DNA from: Leucoraja erinacea
Taxonomy: Eukaryota
NCBI RefSeq assembly: GCF_028641065.1
Contig: NC_073391.1
Span: forward strand, 5,580,001 to 5,644,000
Direction of reading: 5' to 3'
Length of the DNA stretch: 64,000 nt
Under the pieces are notes generated by a model. It did not search any database, was not told where the DNA came from, and saw nothing but the letters and a program-made list of their open reading frames with translations. Shown in pieces: positions 51,475 to 63,465 of this stretch; within the stretch, counting starts at the first letter, position 1; each line of letters begins with the position of its first letter. The position numbers and the translations under genes were made by a program.

Positions 51475-52606
51475 AGAATTAAACAAATTTATTTTCTGCA
51501 TTGTGGGAAGTATATTAGTAATAAAAGGCAACTGTGCTATTGTCCATTCAATTGCACCTTCTCAACTACATTGATTACCTTTGACAGCTACACACATCTA
51601 CACAGAGGAAAATTAAATAATGTGCAAGAGCTAGTATAATTAAGGAGATTAAAGTCTTCCCATGCGTAGGTGACTACTCCTCAAAATGGAGCCATGTGTC
51701 AAAAGTCACAATGATTTACTGAAGATAAATTTCCATGTAACATCTACTGAAATAAGTAGTTCAGGTCAAATCACTTTTCCTTAATTTGTAACTATAGTAA
51801 TACCACAAGAACTTGCCAGCACTTAAGCGACATCTTCAGACTAATGGGAGGCACAAAGTAATTTCAGTTGACACTTGGCAACAGTAATAACTGCAACAAA
51901 GCTTCATACACTGTATCCCGTACCGGTGAACTCTAATTCATTCAAGACTGTTGTTATTAACCAAAGTTAAAATGCAGAGTTATTACTATTTTTTGAAGTC
52001 GGGTTATTGGAGCATTTCTTTGCAAGTGTGAAATCTGTCACTTGTCGTCTGGCAGATGAACCTAAATTTCCCAAGACTTCGGTTTTTTTTCCAGTAAGCA
52101 CCAGCATTGATTTAATGAGCATCTGTTCTTGTTGCAGTTGTGTTTTTGTTTGTGGACTGCTGTTATGCTGCCTTATCCATAGCATCTGCTGCAGTTTGAA
52201 GTTATAATTGCTGCAGAGCTTTTGAAACATACACTTTCTATTCGATCCAAGAATTTCATCCAACAATTCATCAATACATTAACAGTGTTTTTAGGATTCG
52301 TAACTGGTTTCAGCTGAGTTCAGAATAAGTGCATTGCAACAATCAATTTAAAAAAAAATGTGTTACTTATATATCTCAAGGAATCAACGGAAATCACAGC
52401 AGCTACAAATGCCTGACTACTACTCAGAGTCCAGTTATTTTAATTATGTTTTCAAGTATAGCAGCCCTCAATATGGGAGATTAGCAGTGAAAATATAATT
52501 AAGTATCTCAAATTTTGTTGAGAGCTACAGGTATAGATTCTGTTCCAAAATGGTGCCCACTTTGTGGCAAGAATGGCAGCTTGCATCAATGCTCAAGCAG
52601 TTAACA

Positions 52607-53616
52607 TCTATATAATTAAAAGTCTAAACTTGACCACTTCTTGTTTGTACTGTATATTGCTTTTAGATAAAAGGCTGCCACTTACGGCTCTGATCTTTGG
52701 CCACCTTACTCAGAGTCCCCCTCCGTTCATCAGGTGCAGAGGAAGTTTCACATTGATGAAAAATAAAAGAGTTATTAGTGTTTAAAAAATATTGAGATTT
52801 TCTCTCCTGTCAATCACCAGCATGAAGGCCACACCCCTTCTGGTGGGAGGGGGAGGGACATAAAACCCGGAAGTGTGGACATGGCTCAGTCTCTGCAAGA
52901 TGGGGAGGGAGAGATCACGACTCTCAGTCTGAGCTGTGAATCAACTGAACACACTGAATGTCTACTGAACTGTTAGTGTGGTTTTATGTGGTTTTTATGT
53001 GGTTTTATGTGGTTTTTATGTGGTTTTATGTGGTTTTGTGGTGTTTTATGTGGTTTTATGGTGGTTTCACCTTGCTTGAAATGATATGAAACTGCACTTG
53101 AAATGGGTGGCCTTGCATCCTGTCTGAAATAGTATGAAACAGCACTTGAATTTGGTGGCCTTGCGCCCTGCTTGAAAAGGTATGAAAATGCACTTGAATT
53201 TGGTGGCCTTGCACCGTGCTTGAAATGGTATGAAACTGCACGAATTTGGTGGCCTTTCCACCCTGCTTGGTATGAAACTGCACTTGAATTTGGTGGCCTT
53301 GCACCCTGCTTGAAATGGAATTTCAAGGAATAGCCGTGAGTCAACTGCCAGCCCACCAGCCATGAGTGAGTGAGCTGCCAGCACACCAAGCTTGAGTGAC
53401 TGAGCTGCCAGCCCAAGAATCCATTCGGCCCACAATGTCCATACTAACCCTCTGGAAACCAGCCCCTGCGGCCCATAACACCCATACTAGCGCTCCAGAA
53501 GGCACCCCCACCCCCCACTGGCCATCAATATTGGAATTGGGTGAGAGGTGGAATATTGCATTGGGGACCAGTCCTCCCGTGTGAACATGGGACCCAACAG
53601 GTCCCACTTAGTCTAG
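52607..53616 (+). mobile_element. Non-autonomous Helitron (1010 bp)
   Basis: a|TCTATATA ... TGGGACCcaacaGGTCCCA hairpin (53588-53606) ... CTAG|t, no TSD. Contains (GGTTTTATGT)n at about 52977-53062 and 48-bp repeats at about 53065-53312. Confidence 0.92.
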
Positions 53617-53637
53617 TTCTAGATATATGCAGATATC

Positions 53638-55270
53638 TGTCTCAGAGTGTGGTGGCGGCCAGTTGTCTGGATACTTTCAAGAGAGATCTAGATAGGGCTC
53701 TTAAAGATAGCAGAGTCAGGGTATATGGGGAGAAGGCAGGAACGCGATACTTTTTGGGGATGATCAGCCATTGAATGGCGGTGCTGGCTCGAAGGGTCGA
53801 ATGGCATACTCCTGCACCTATTGTCTATTGTCTATTGTCAAGGTAAGTATAAAATGGGTATAGACATTGTCAAGCTGGAAAGGTTCCAGAGAAGATTTAC
53901 AAAGATGATGCCAGGACTCAAGGGCTTGAATTAAAGGGAGCAGTTGAGCAAGCTTGGATTCTGTTCTTTGGAGCGCAGGAATATGAGGGGGTGATCTTAT
54001 TGAGGCATACAAATTATGAGAGGAATAGATCGGGTAAACACACAGAGTCTCCTGCCCAGAGTAGGGGAATCGAGGAACAGAGGACATAGATTGATGGTGA
54101 GGGAGGATAGTTTTAATAGGAACCTGAGGGTAACCTTTTCACACAAAGAGTGGTGGGTAGATGGGATGAACAGCCAGAGGAGGTAGTTGAGGTAGGTACT
54201 ATTGCAAAGTTTAAGAAACATTTCGACAGGTACATCAAAATAATAGGTTTAGAGGGAAATGGGCCAAATGCAGCCTGGTTGTACTAGTACTAGGACATAT
54301 TGGTTGGTGTGGGCAAGTTGGACTGATGGGCCTGTTTCCACGCTGTATTAATCTATGACTCTGGAAGGACACCATAAGATCAATTACTGTAGACCACTGT
54401 TAATGTAAATGAAGCCATAGAGTCACAGATTCATACAGTGTGGAAACAGGCCCTTCGCCCAACTTGGCCACACCGGCCAACATGTCCCAGCTACACTAGT
54501 TCCACCTGCCATGCGTTTAACTCATATCTCTCTATACTTATATTTTTGATGTGCCTGTGTAAATGTTTCTTAAACATTACAATTGTACCTCCTTCAACTA
54601 CCTCCTCAGGCAGTTTGTTCCATATATCTATCACACTCTGTGTGAAAAGGCTACACCTCAGATTCCTATTAAATCTTTTCGCCTTCACCTTATATTCTCT
54701 GGTTTTCGATACCCCTTCTCTGGGCAAGAGACTCTGTGCATCTATTCTTCTCATGATTTGATATACTTCGATAAGATCACCCCTCATCCTCCTGTGTTCC
54801 AAGGAATAAAGTCCCAGCCTGCTCGTCCTCTCCCTATAGCTCAGACCCTCTAGCCCAGGCAACATCCTCATCCTCGTAAATCTTCTCTGTATCTTTCCAA
54901 TTTGACAAACTCTTTCCTATAACATGGCGCCCAGCACTGGACGTAATATTCTAAACATGGCCTCTTATACAACTACAACATGACCTCCTATCTTCTATAT
55001 TCGATACTTTGACTGTTAAAGGCCAATGAGCCAAAAAGCCTTTTTGACCACCATATCTGTCTGTGATGCCATCTTCAAGGAGGCATGTACCTGCCCTCCA
55101 AGACCCTTCTGCTCTACATCACTCCCCAGAGCCCTACCATTCATTTTTGTACGCCTGCCAATGTTAGACTTTCCAATATGCATGACCTTGCATTTCTCTG
55201 TATTAAATTCGATCAACCATTCTTCAGCCCACCTGGCCAACCGTTCAAGAACCTGCTGCAATTTTTGACA
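53638..55270. mobile_element. Cluster of CR1 3' fragments (+ 53638-53840; + 53845-54362; - 54415-55270)
   Basis: LGLYSLEHRRMRGDLIEVY, WAEEWLIEFNTEKC; CR1 3' hairpins and microsatellite tails. Confidence 0.85.
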
Positions 55271-55648
55271 TCTATCGTCACTGTTTTACAATCCTCCACC
55301 TGATGTCATCTATTAACGTTGCACTGCGGAATGCCTGGGCACTTCAACAATGCCTGTTGAAGATTCAATTCTTGCAAATAATAGTTAACTGTTTTCTACT
55401 AGAGGTAACTACAATGCTGCGAGTGTTTCAATTATTCTTTAAATTTATGAAATCTTGCAGAAAGTGGCAGGGCTAGTACTGAAGGGCTTTGTTCTGACTT
55501 CAAGGCTTGTGTATAAATCGATTGACTCCAGACGTAGGTTTGCTTTCCTTGCTTAACAGCATTACTACAAGATTAAATAAAGGGCACATAGACCAGCGCA
55601 AGCTGCTAAAGACAGTGGATGAGGAGAAGAGATTTTTCAGCAGCCTAA

Positions 55649-55969
55649 AAGCCCTGTCCCACGGTACAAGTTTATTCCAAGAGCTCTCACGAGTTTAAAA
55701 AAAAATCAAACTCATGGTAAGCACGGAGAATGAACATAGCAGGTATGTAGGAGCTTGGGGACGTCTCTTAGCGCTAACGGCAGGTACTCGGGAAGACTCG
55801 CTAACGGCAGGTGAGCACAGGTAGACTCGTGAAGATTTTTCAACATGATGAAAAATGTCCACGAGAGCCCCGAGTACAGACGAGTGGCCATTCCCGTAAA
55901 TCTCCGAGTTCGAACCAGGGCAAACTCAGGAGAACTCTTGGAATGAACCTGTACCATGGGACAGAGCTT
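55649..55969. mobile_element. PIF/Harbinger-type MITE, family D variant
   Basis: TIRs aagccctgtcccacggtac / gtaccatgggacagagctt; body similar to 42401-42728; flanks TAA/TAT. Confidence 0.82.
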
Positions 55970-56149
55970 TATATCTGTCTAAAGTGTTAAGAGATCAAAT
56001 CTCCTGCTTGAACCAACAAGGAACATTAAATGAGACATCTACACTAAATAAAAAAAAACATCCTCACAATAATCTCCCCAACTGCTGCAAACATGATTGC
56101 GACTTCAGAATTGGACAAGGATTTCGGTGATTGGGAACACAAGCAAAAA

Positions 56150-56530
56150 TGAATGAATGAAATGAAAGACAAGTCACAGTGAAATTCTTTGCTTGCACAC
56201 CCAAGGTATGCAAATAGTTGCCACATAAAGGGCACCACCAAAGTTATAAAGTATCCTGCACCAGGTCCATCTCTCCAGGTCTCCCCCTCCCCCTCCCTCA
56301 TGGTGGTTGCCCCACACCAGGTCCTTCGCTGATCCTCCCCTCGGCAGCAGCATCCTCACTCCCACATGGTCCATCCTCGTCCGTTGACCGGCGCCTTCAT
56401 CGGCCGCTGCACCGACCTCTCCAGTAACGCTGCCGGGTCCTCTCCGGGCGCCTCCATGGCGCCGACGCAGGCTCCAGCCGTGGGCTCTGCAGACCCGCGC
56501 TCCGGGCTCTGGCTTCTCTGTGGCCTTCAG
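56150..56530 (-). mobile_element. GC-rich non-coding retroposon fragment with (TTCA)n tail
   Basis: Shares the ccttgggtgtgcaagcaaagaatttcactgtg tail with 320-556. Confidence 0.6.
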
Positions 56531-57199
56531 GGAGGTGTCTCCTTTGCATTAGAAGTTGTAGGTATGTCCAACGATTTGCATGTTTTCTTACATTATTGCA
56601 TTGAGAGGTTGGGGAGAGAGCGTAATTGAAGTTGTATATTTAAGGAGAGCAGTCCACATTTCACAGCAAGTGCAATGTATTCGTGGCTTTGCAGCTTCCT
56701 TCTCCTCTGTGCAGATCTAATTGATAGTTCTTCTGCTCTTTGCGGATGCCCATAAATTCTGACAAGTTCCATCGGCAACAAGAACTCTGTTGTTTCCCTG
56801 TCTGGCAACAGACCACAGGCAGCAGATCATCCAGGAATTCACCCAATACCCAGGAAGCAGCACAATGATTTCATTCTGCAGCATCCTGTTGTGCCAATGG
56901 ACTGGAGCTGCTGCAACAAAATTAGGCCTGGGAACTGGGTGAAATAGTCTATCCGCTGACCACACGGCTGAAGTACAGCAAAGCGCATGCAGAGGATTGG
57001 GCATTGTACAGCACGCCAGCACATTATCCATGTTCAATTGCCTTGAAAGGTATTGTGTTGCCTTCTGGAAGTGCTTCACTCTGCTTGAACTCATCTGCTG
57101 CTAATTCTGACCTGCACCGTCCCGTTTATTAGTCACGTTTGTCCTTGATTATCTCTGTTGGGAGTTGAGCGATTGTTGGACTGTGAACAGTCAGAGGTC

Positions 57200-57552
57200 A
57201 GAAGGAAACTGCAGATGCTGGTTTACACTGAAGAAAGACACAAAGAGTTGGAGTAACTCAATAGGGCAGGCAGCATCTCTGGAGAAAAGGAATGGGTGAC
57301 GTTATAGGTCGAGACCCTTCTCCAGATTGAGTCCGGGGGTGGAAACGGGAGTTATACAGTAGATGGTGATGTCAGAAATGTTTTTGCATATCTTTCATTC
57401 ATTTGTTCTCCCTACATCACCGTCTATATCTCTCGTTTCTCTTTCCCCCGACTCTAAGTCTGAAGAAGGGTCTTGACCGGAAATGTCACCCATTCCTTCT
57501 CTCCATAGATGCTGCCTGTCCAGTACTCCAGTACTCCAGCACTTTGTGTCTA
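57200..57552. mobile_element. Palindromic Penelope-derived mini-element with longer arms
   Basis: Inverted arms around 57375-57395; + strand CTGAAGA..GAAATGTC at 57460-57487. Confidence 0.82.
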
Positions 57553-57824
57553 TATTCACTGCTGCGGCTGTCCTCATGTGGCATCTGAATCTCCCATCAC
57601 TGAACTAGGCAAGTCATGCAAAATCATTGAACGTCCTGCCGTGTTCCATCTAGGTCCTCAGGACTTGGCTATTGACAATGGCACTCACATCTACATGTCT
57701 TCATTATCTTTGTTGGGTTTATCGGGAGGACCGCTTCCTATTCCACAAAGGCTCCACTGCAGCATCTGAAAAGATCACCCTGTTTGCCAGTATATTCAGA
57801 TCAGAATGAACATTGACTTCTCTG

Positions 57825-58516
57825 TAGGTACACAAAAATGCTGGAGAAACACAGCGGGTGCAGCAGCATCTATGGAGCGAAGGAAATAGGTGACGTTTTG
57901 GGCCAAAACCCTTCTTCAGACTGATGAGGGGGTGGGGGGGGCGAAGGAAGGAAAAAGGGAGGAGGAGGAGCCCGAGGGCGGGGGGATGGGAGGAGACAGC
58001 TCGAGGGTTAAGGAAGGGGAGGAGACAGCAAGGGCTAGCAAAATTCATCACTTCTCTGTTCCAGGTGTCAACCGCTCTACATCGCTGAGACCAAGCGCAG
58101 GCTTGGCAATCGCTTCGCCCAACACCTCCACTCAGTTCGCAATAACCAACCTGATCTCCCGGTGGCTCAACACCTCAACTCCCCCTCCCATTCTGAATCT
58201 GACCTTTCTGACCTGGGCCTCCTTCATGGCCAGAGTGAGTCCCACTGCAAATTGGAGGGGCAGTACCTCATATTTTGCTTGGGTAGTTTACGCCCCAGCG
58301 GTATGAACATTGACCTCCAAATTCAGGTAGTCCTTGCTGTCTGTCTCCCTCCTTCCCTTCCCCTTCCCAATACTCATACAGCCTACTGTCTCCGCCTCTT
58401 CCTTTCTTTTTCCCGCCCCTCCCCACATCAGTCTGAAGAAGGGTCTCGATCCGAAACGTCACCTATTCCTTCGCTCCATAGATGATGCCTCACCTGCTGA
58501 GTTTCTCCAGCAATTT
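57825..58516. mobile_element. Penelope-like element: inverted pseudo-LTR plus + strand GIY-YIG remnant and pseudo-LTR
   Basis: 58050-58516 is the reverse complement of the family at 14340-14810 (LYIAETKRRLGNRF, VAQHLNSPSH). Confidence 0.88.
58431..58462 (+). ncRNA. Minimal type I hammerhead ribozyme motif (best-preserved copy)
   Basis: gt-CTGAAGA-a-GGGTCTCGATCC-GAAA-C-GTC-ac: CUGANGA core, helix II hairpin, GAAA, GUC cleavage triplet. Helix III is reduced to palindromic ACGT. Activity not demonstrated. Confidence 0.7.
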
Positions 58517-59360
58517 GGTCTCCTTTGGAATGATTTCTGCGATTACTTTTACTACCGACTGCTGCTGCAGTACAAATCACACTCAACATCTGTAAACTGG
58601 CTTCATGTGCTTCAGGCTATCTGTAATACAAACCGCTCAGTCTTTGGTCCCTGGCCAAGGCTAACAGGCGTTTAACAGCATGGTTAATATTAACTGCTTG
58701 GCGAAATTATGAAATTGGGCAGGTGGCAGGATAATGGTGCACGGCATGTAAGGAACCAAGGAGTTAATTGTGCATTGAACTCTCCGTACCCATTTGCAGG
58801 AGCTATCCAATTCAGGCCTACAGGGGTTTCTGTGTTTAATAATAATTACCAGACATTATGGTGAAGAATATTTAACATGCTGGTTTACAATAATTATTTG
58901 TCTGATGATGTTCCAACTCCAACTTATATGGGTCAAGTGTTGAATATGCAACAGTTACAGTATTATCGTCAGGTTAGCAGTATTGATGGATCCAAAGAGC
59001 ATTTAGTGAAAAAAGTTACGGGAAATCAATTTTGGCTTGTTTACAGACATATTGAAATGATGTAAATCACGGTGAAACAAAGATATCCAATCCATCTGGC
59101 TGAATGAAAGGTTCGCACAGTATATTTTCCGTAGAGACAATGGCCTAAAAGTTAATTCCTGATCAGTACCGTCAAAATGTATCAAAAGAATATATTCTGT
59201 CTCAAACTTCAACGCAGTTGACGTCCACACCGTGTCATTTCCACTTGAGCTAGTTAACAAGTTGGTCAATAAGTAGCTGCTGAGACCGCACTGCGATGTT
59301 TTAATAACCCGATAAACAACTTCATGCCAAGAGAGCGAATTGACTTTATCAATTTTCTGA

Positions 59361-59492
<132 letters not shown>

Positions 59493-60447
59493 TGACACAC
59501 AACAGATCACATTTTTTTGTTTGCTTAAGTAGTTGCGTTTTAAGGAGATTCTGTCTGAATTATAATGGGGCATAATTTAAAACTCAGTTGACAACTTGAC
59601 TGTGTTAGCAGCCAAATAAAAATACAGATAGATTTGACCAGAGCAATGTCAGTGTCCTCTTGTGCTCATCAAACTAATAGACCTTCCAGTGGTGGGCACT
59701 GGGCATTGGATTACACTGTGAATGGTGATGGAATAGTCTGACAAGCTCACAGGATGCTCTTGCTACGGCTCCAGAGATGTTATTAAGTGAACTCAGAATG
59801 CACTCAAGACCTGTTAAACAGTCAAGTATTTTCTGATGAGGATAGCATTAGATTTTAATGAACTCTCCCAAATGTATGACAATTTATTTTCTTTCCGGAC
59901 AGCCAACATGCAATTATTTGTAGCCCACGGTAAATGGGAAAAGTCAGTGATAACAAATAAGATGATTACTGAGCGATGCACAAAACTCGTGTGCAATTAT
60001 AGTGGTGGGGTGAAGACAGGCATTAATGCAGAAGATGTTTCACAATGCCCAGTTAATACCATTCCTTGTCCCCTTTGCTGTCCTTGATCATTGTGTGTGC
60101 TCACTATTTTAAGGCACATTTATCATGATGGATGAGGTCAATGCAAAAGTTATGGCAAAGGATTAAGCTTGTCTTGGTAGCTCTTTAGCACCCAGACAGA
60201 TACCAAACAAATCTTACAATGGTGGGTTAGTGAGACAGCAACAAGTGGATTGGGATTTGGTTGAACACTATCTCTTTTATAAGTTTTAATTGCTATTTTG
60301 TAAAACCGTGTTTTTTTTTGGAATGATATAATCTTCTAGTAATTTGTCCGATAATATGATTTGTCCTTTAATTACTATGCCATACTGTCTTCATGTTGAC
60401 ATTAATTAACCTGCTGTCAAAAAAAACAATGTGATGATTCTTCTTAA

Positions 60448-60764
60448 AGGGCCTGTCTCGCTGTATGTGGTAATTCAAGAGCTCTCCCGAGTTTAAAAAA
60501 AAATCAAACTCGTGGTAAGCTCGTAGAATGTACGTAGCGGGTACGTCGGAGCTCGGGACGTCTCTTAGCGGCTCGTAATGCTAACGGCAGGTACTCGGGA
60601 AATGCAGTAAACTCGTGAAGACTCGTGAAGATTTTTCAACATGTTGAAAAATGTCCACGAGAGCCCCGAGTACCTACGAGCGGTTATTACCATAATTCTC
60701 CGAGTTTGAATCAGGGGAAACTCGGGAGAACTCTTGAATTAGCTCGTACAGTGGGACAGCCCCA
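60448..60764. mobile_element. PIF/Harbinger-type MITE, family D copy 2
   Basis: Highly similar to 42401-42728; flanks TAA/TTA. Confidence 0.88.
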
Positions 60765-61194
60765 TTAGTCATTGATGATTGCTTATACCTCCCCAATATA
60801 TAATATTTGGTTAAAAATTCTCTGATGAATTTTGCTTTGCTTTGTCTTTCCAATTGTAACAGATCTGAATTATTCTGCAAAATGTTTACTTCATTCTTTG
60901 TCCTTCCTGCACTCGTGATTTTGGTTGTATTTGATTATTGTCAGCAAGATGGACTTACATCTTCTCTTGAGTGATGTTGGGTTTCACAATAGAATACATG
61001 TTTCCCAGTTTTATTTATCGGATTCAACTTGATTACTTGTGGATTTTAATAATATCTTAGATATATCAAAGTCCTTGTCAACAGTGTTCTGGAAACCCAT
61101 CTGGAATTTCCAGTTTTTATTCATGTTATTCAAAATTGGTATTTGTTGTGACTTGTGATAACTCTTCATTGTTAAGTAGGCTGCAGGCTACTAT

Positions 61195-62620
61195 GTGAGT
61201 GCTGGAGAATCCCAATGGGTCAGGCAGCACTTGTGGAAGGAATGGGGAGACAATGTTTTGAGTTGGGACTCTTCTTCAGGTAGATGGAGTAGGACAACCT
61301 GACAAGTGAAGAGTGGAGGAAAGAACTGCAGATGCTGGTTTAAATCGAAATTAGACACAAAATGCTGGAGTAACTCAGCGGGACAGGCAGCATCTCTAGA
61401 GAGAAGGAATGGATGATGTTTTGGGTCGAGACCCTTCTTCAGACAAGTGGATACAGGTGAGAGGGGTCATTGGGAGATGGGTGGACTGACTGAATAAGGC
61501 TAAATGGAGGGATAAGGATAAGGAGGGAAGAGTAAAGCCATGGAAGGGGTCTGGGTGGAAGGAAATGGGGGTGGGGGGGAACAGAGAGGATTAAACGGGA
61601 ACTATATGATTCGGAGGTGGGAGATGAGTATACAAAAGAAACAGGGTGACTCGGGTAGTAAGAGATGGTGGGAGGAATATGTGTACATGGGGATGGGAGG
61701 ACAGTTGTAAGGGGCGGAGTAGTGGGTATTACTTGAAATTGGAGAATTTAATGTTCACACTGTTGGGATGTCAGCTACCCAAGCGGAATATGAAGTGTTG
61801 TTCTGCTGGTTTGCGTGTGACCTCACACTAGCAGTGGAGAAGCCCAAGCACAGGAAGGTCAGTAATGGAATGGGAAATTGACCTCTCTATCTGTGGCTGG
61901 AGCAGCAGCACCTCATGACTTGAGTAGCTCACACCCCATCGTATGAGCATTGAACTTTCCAATTTCAATTAAGACCCCTTCCAAACGCTCCCTCTCTTTA
62001 CCCTGCCCCCTACCCTGATGGGCACACATTTCTCCCACTACCTCCCGTCATCCTAATCATCTTGCTCATCTCCCATCTTCCTTATGCTTATCTCCCATCC
62101 CCGAGTCAAATAATGCCTTTTTATGTTGGAATGAACTGCAGATGCTGGTTCGCTCTGAAGATAGACACAAAATGCTGGAGTAAGTCAGCGGGACAGGCCG
62201 CATCTCTGGAGAGAAGGAATGGGAGGCGTTTCAGGTCGAGACTCTTCTTCCGAATGTTTAGTCTTTCACTGACTTCTGGTCTCTTCTACCCATATCCCTA
62301 CTTCTGGCTTTACATTTCACTCCTTGTCTTATTTTGGTATCTGACATCCCTTTGGCTCCTTTTCATCTCCAGCCAATATCACTTACTGCATCTATCTGCC
62401 AGTCACACCGCCCCAACCTTTACCTGCATATCACTTGTCAGGCTTTGCTCCGCCCTTGTTCTCTGTTCCAGCTTTCTCCCCACTTTCCATCAGTCTGAAG
62501 AAGGGTCCTGACATAAAATGTTGTCTGTCCATTCCCTCCACAGATGCTGTCTGACCCACTGAGTTCTTCCAGCCATCTATTTTTTGCTTAAGATTCCAGC
62601 ATCTGCAGTTTCTTATGTCT
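61195..62620. mobile_element. Old inverted Penelope-like remnant with younger pseudo-LTR inserts (about 61322-61444 and 62130-62252)
   Basis: GIY-YIG 3' remnants in both orientations around 61720-61970; decayed hammerhead motif near 62494. Confidence 0.65.
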
Positions 62621-62696
62621 TGAGACATCAGATGGCAAGTTTTAGATGAATAAGTGCCAGCTTCCATATCTTTAGAGTTTAGAGTTATGTTAGTTT

Positions 62697-63462
62697 GGCG
62701 GCGCCTAACGGCAGCGGCTCGACTACAGTCGTCTGTCTTTTAAAACATTTTTAGTCTTGTTAAATGTGGCTTGAATCTAGTTTTTAATATTTTTTAACTG
62801 TGTATATGTGGGGGGTGGAGGGGGGGGGATGCTGGGGAAACCGTTAATCTTTTCCCTGCACAGGGACCCGACTTTTTCCCTGTCGGGTCTCCGATGTCGT
62901 TGGGCCTAACATCGAGGAGCCGGCGGTGGCCTCCGGCCGGAAATAACCTGAGGGCTCCAGTCGCGGAGCCTGCGGACATGACATCACGGTGCTGGCTGAC
63001 TTCGGTGCGGGAAGAGCTGTGGTGGCGTGCGGCTGCGACATGACTTCGGAGAATTGGAGGCTCCGGCCGCAGGCCCGGTGGACAGGAACATCGGGAGCTC
63101 CAGGTCACTGGTGGGAGACCGCTTTTTGGAGCTCCTCCCGCTGGAATCATGGGGTTTAAAGGACTCGGAGCGGGGCCTAACATCGCCCTGCTTAAACGGC
63201 CACAGGACTTACCATCGCCCGCCGGGGGCTTTAACATCGGAGCCCTAGTTCGCCTTGACGCTGCAGTTGGACTGCTGGACCGCGAGAGAAGAATAAAGGG
63301 AAGAGATAAGACTTTGCTTTCTATCACAGTGAGGAGGTGTTGGAGATTCACTGTGATGGACGTTTATGTAAACTGTGTAAAGTTTGGGTTTTTTTGTAAT
63401 GTAAAAACTGTAGAAAATGCTATTTCGTTCAAACCAAGTTGTTTGAATGACAATAAAAGGCA
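62697..63462 (+). mobile_element. Non-coding GC-rich retroposon with Rex1/L2-type tail, abutting DIRS copy 2
   Basis: ggcggcgcc head, T-rich then G-rich block, atcacagtga..tcactgtgat hairpin, tttcgttcaaac..gtttgaatgacaataaa end. Confidence 0.65.
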
Positions 63463-63465
63463 TTT

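Noticed and set aside
51967-52266. Antisense 99-aa ORF, possible nested gene
   Set aside because: No recognisable domain, in-frame stops just upstream, no convincing splice sites.
56593-57094. Overlapping antisense ORFs in apparently unique sequence
   Set aside because: No recognisable homology or exon structure; cannot be supported without a search.
63325-63355. CACAGTG/CACTGTG heptamers (also near 369, 37933 and 56175) as V(D)J recombination signals
   Set aside because: No nonamer at 12 or 23 spacing; all lie within mobile elements.
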